A DNA stretch of 35,595 bases from Toensbergia leucococca. Lineage: Eukaryota. The translations under genes were made by a program, and so were the position numbers. Positions 35,184 through 35,595 of this stretch are shown one piece after another. The DNA lies in assembly GCA_022813965.1 (NCBI GenBank), contig JALDZS010000222.1:1-35595 (forward strand), in the 5' to 3' direction. Each line of letters opens with the position of its first letter. Position 1 is the stretch's first letter. The notes beneath the pieces are model-generated. The model saw only the letters and a list, made by a program, of their open reading frames with translations. It ran no database searches and was not told the origin of the DNA.

Positions 35184-35595
35184 ATGGGCTTATCCATGGC
35201 ATCAACTCCTGACAACCCACTCTACAAAGAGCAAGTCGAAGCCCTTTTCGCCCACATCGAGACCCTCCAAGCGGACAAGGAGATCCTCCGCGTCGAGAAC
35301 GAGGCACTCGGCAAAAAGAAGAAGGACCTCACCAAAGAGAACAAGGAACTCGGCAAAAAGAAGAAGGACCTCACCAAAGAGAACAAGGACCTCACCAAAG
35401 AGAACAAGGACCTCACCAAAGAGAACAAGGACCTCACCAAAGAGAACAAGGACCTCACCAAAGAGAACAAGGACCTCACCAAAGAGAACAAGGACCTCAC
35501 CAAAGAGAACAAGGACCTCACCAAAGAGAACAAGGACCTCACCAAAGAGAACAAGGACCTCACCAAAGAGAACAAGGACCTCACCAAAGAGAACA
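35184..35595 (+). CDS. Coiled-coil heptad-repeat protein, 3'-truncated by the window end
   Basis: ATG 35184 (or in-frame 35196) opens [47 protein letters not shown](DLTKENK)n with no stop before 35595. It is absent from the ORF track because it is open-ended. Confidence 0.62.
   Translation, partial: MGLSMASTPDNPLYKEQVEALFAHIETLQADKEILRVENEALGKKKKDLTKENKELGKKKKDLTKENKDLTKENKDLTKENKDLTKENKDLTKENKDLTKENKDLTKENKDLTKENKDLTKENKDLTKENKDLTKEN
35325..35595 (+). repeat. 21-bp tandem repeat GACCTCACCAAAGAGAACAAG
   Basis: About 11 consecutive identical copies from 35367 to the window end, preceded by variant units. Confidence 0.97.

Noticed and set aside
35222..35587. Minus-strand ORF (LVRSLFS)n
   Set aside because: Antisense shadow of the 21-bp repeat; the plus frame has an ATG and a coherent coiled-coil lead-in.

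Overview
Eukaryotic genomic DNA from a filamentous ascomycete (Pezizomycotina), judged from short ~50-nt GT-AG introns with CTRAY branch points and from the gene content. The window has two compartments. (1) Positions ~887-26204 are a gene-dense block for which I built frame-consistent exon/intron models by hand: a 13-exon USP34/USP24-like deubiquitinase, POP3 (RNase P/MRP), an unnamed 3-exon gene, TMEM170, PEX8, a small Cys-rich CaaX protein, STE14, a maltose/galactoside O-acetyltransferase, a DGAT1-type MBOAT and PFS2. A long-TIR MITE-like element sits at ~20.9-21.7 kb. (2) Positions ~26.4 kb to the end are an accessory, decayed zone. It contains tandem exon-intron modules, a 734-bp tract with no CC or GG dinucleotide (a non-canonical RIP-like signature), several stop-interrupted pseudogenes, a 114-bp repeat readable on both strands, and a perfect 21-bp coiled-coil repeat that runs off the window end. 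No rRNA, tRNA or CRISPR array was found. Family assignments come from motif recognition, not database searches.
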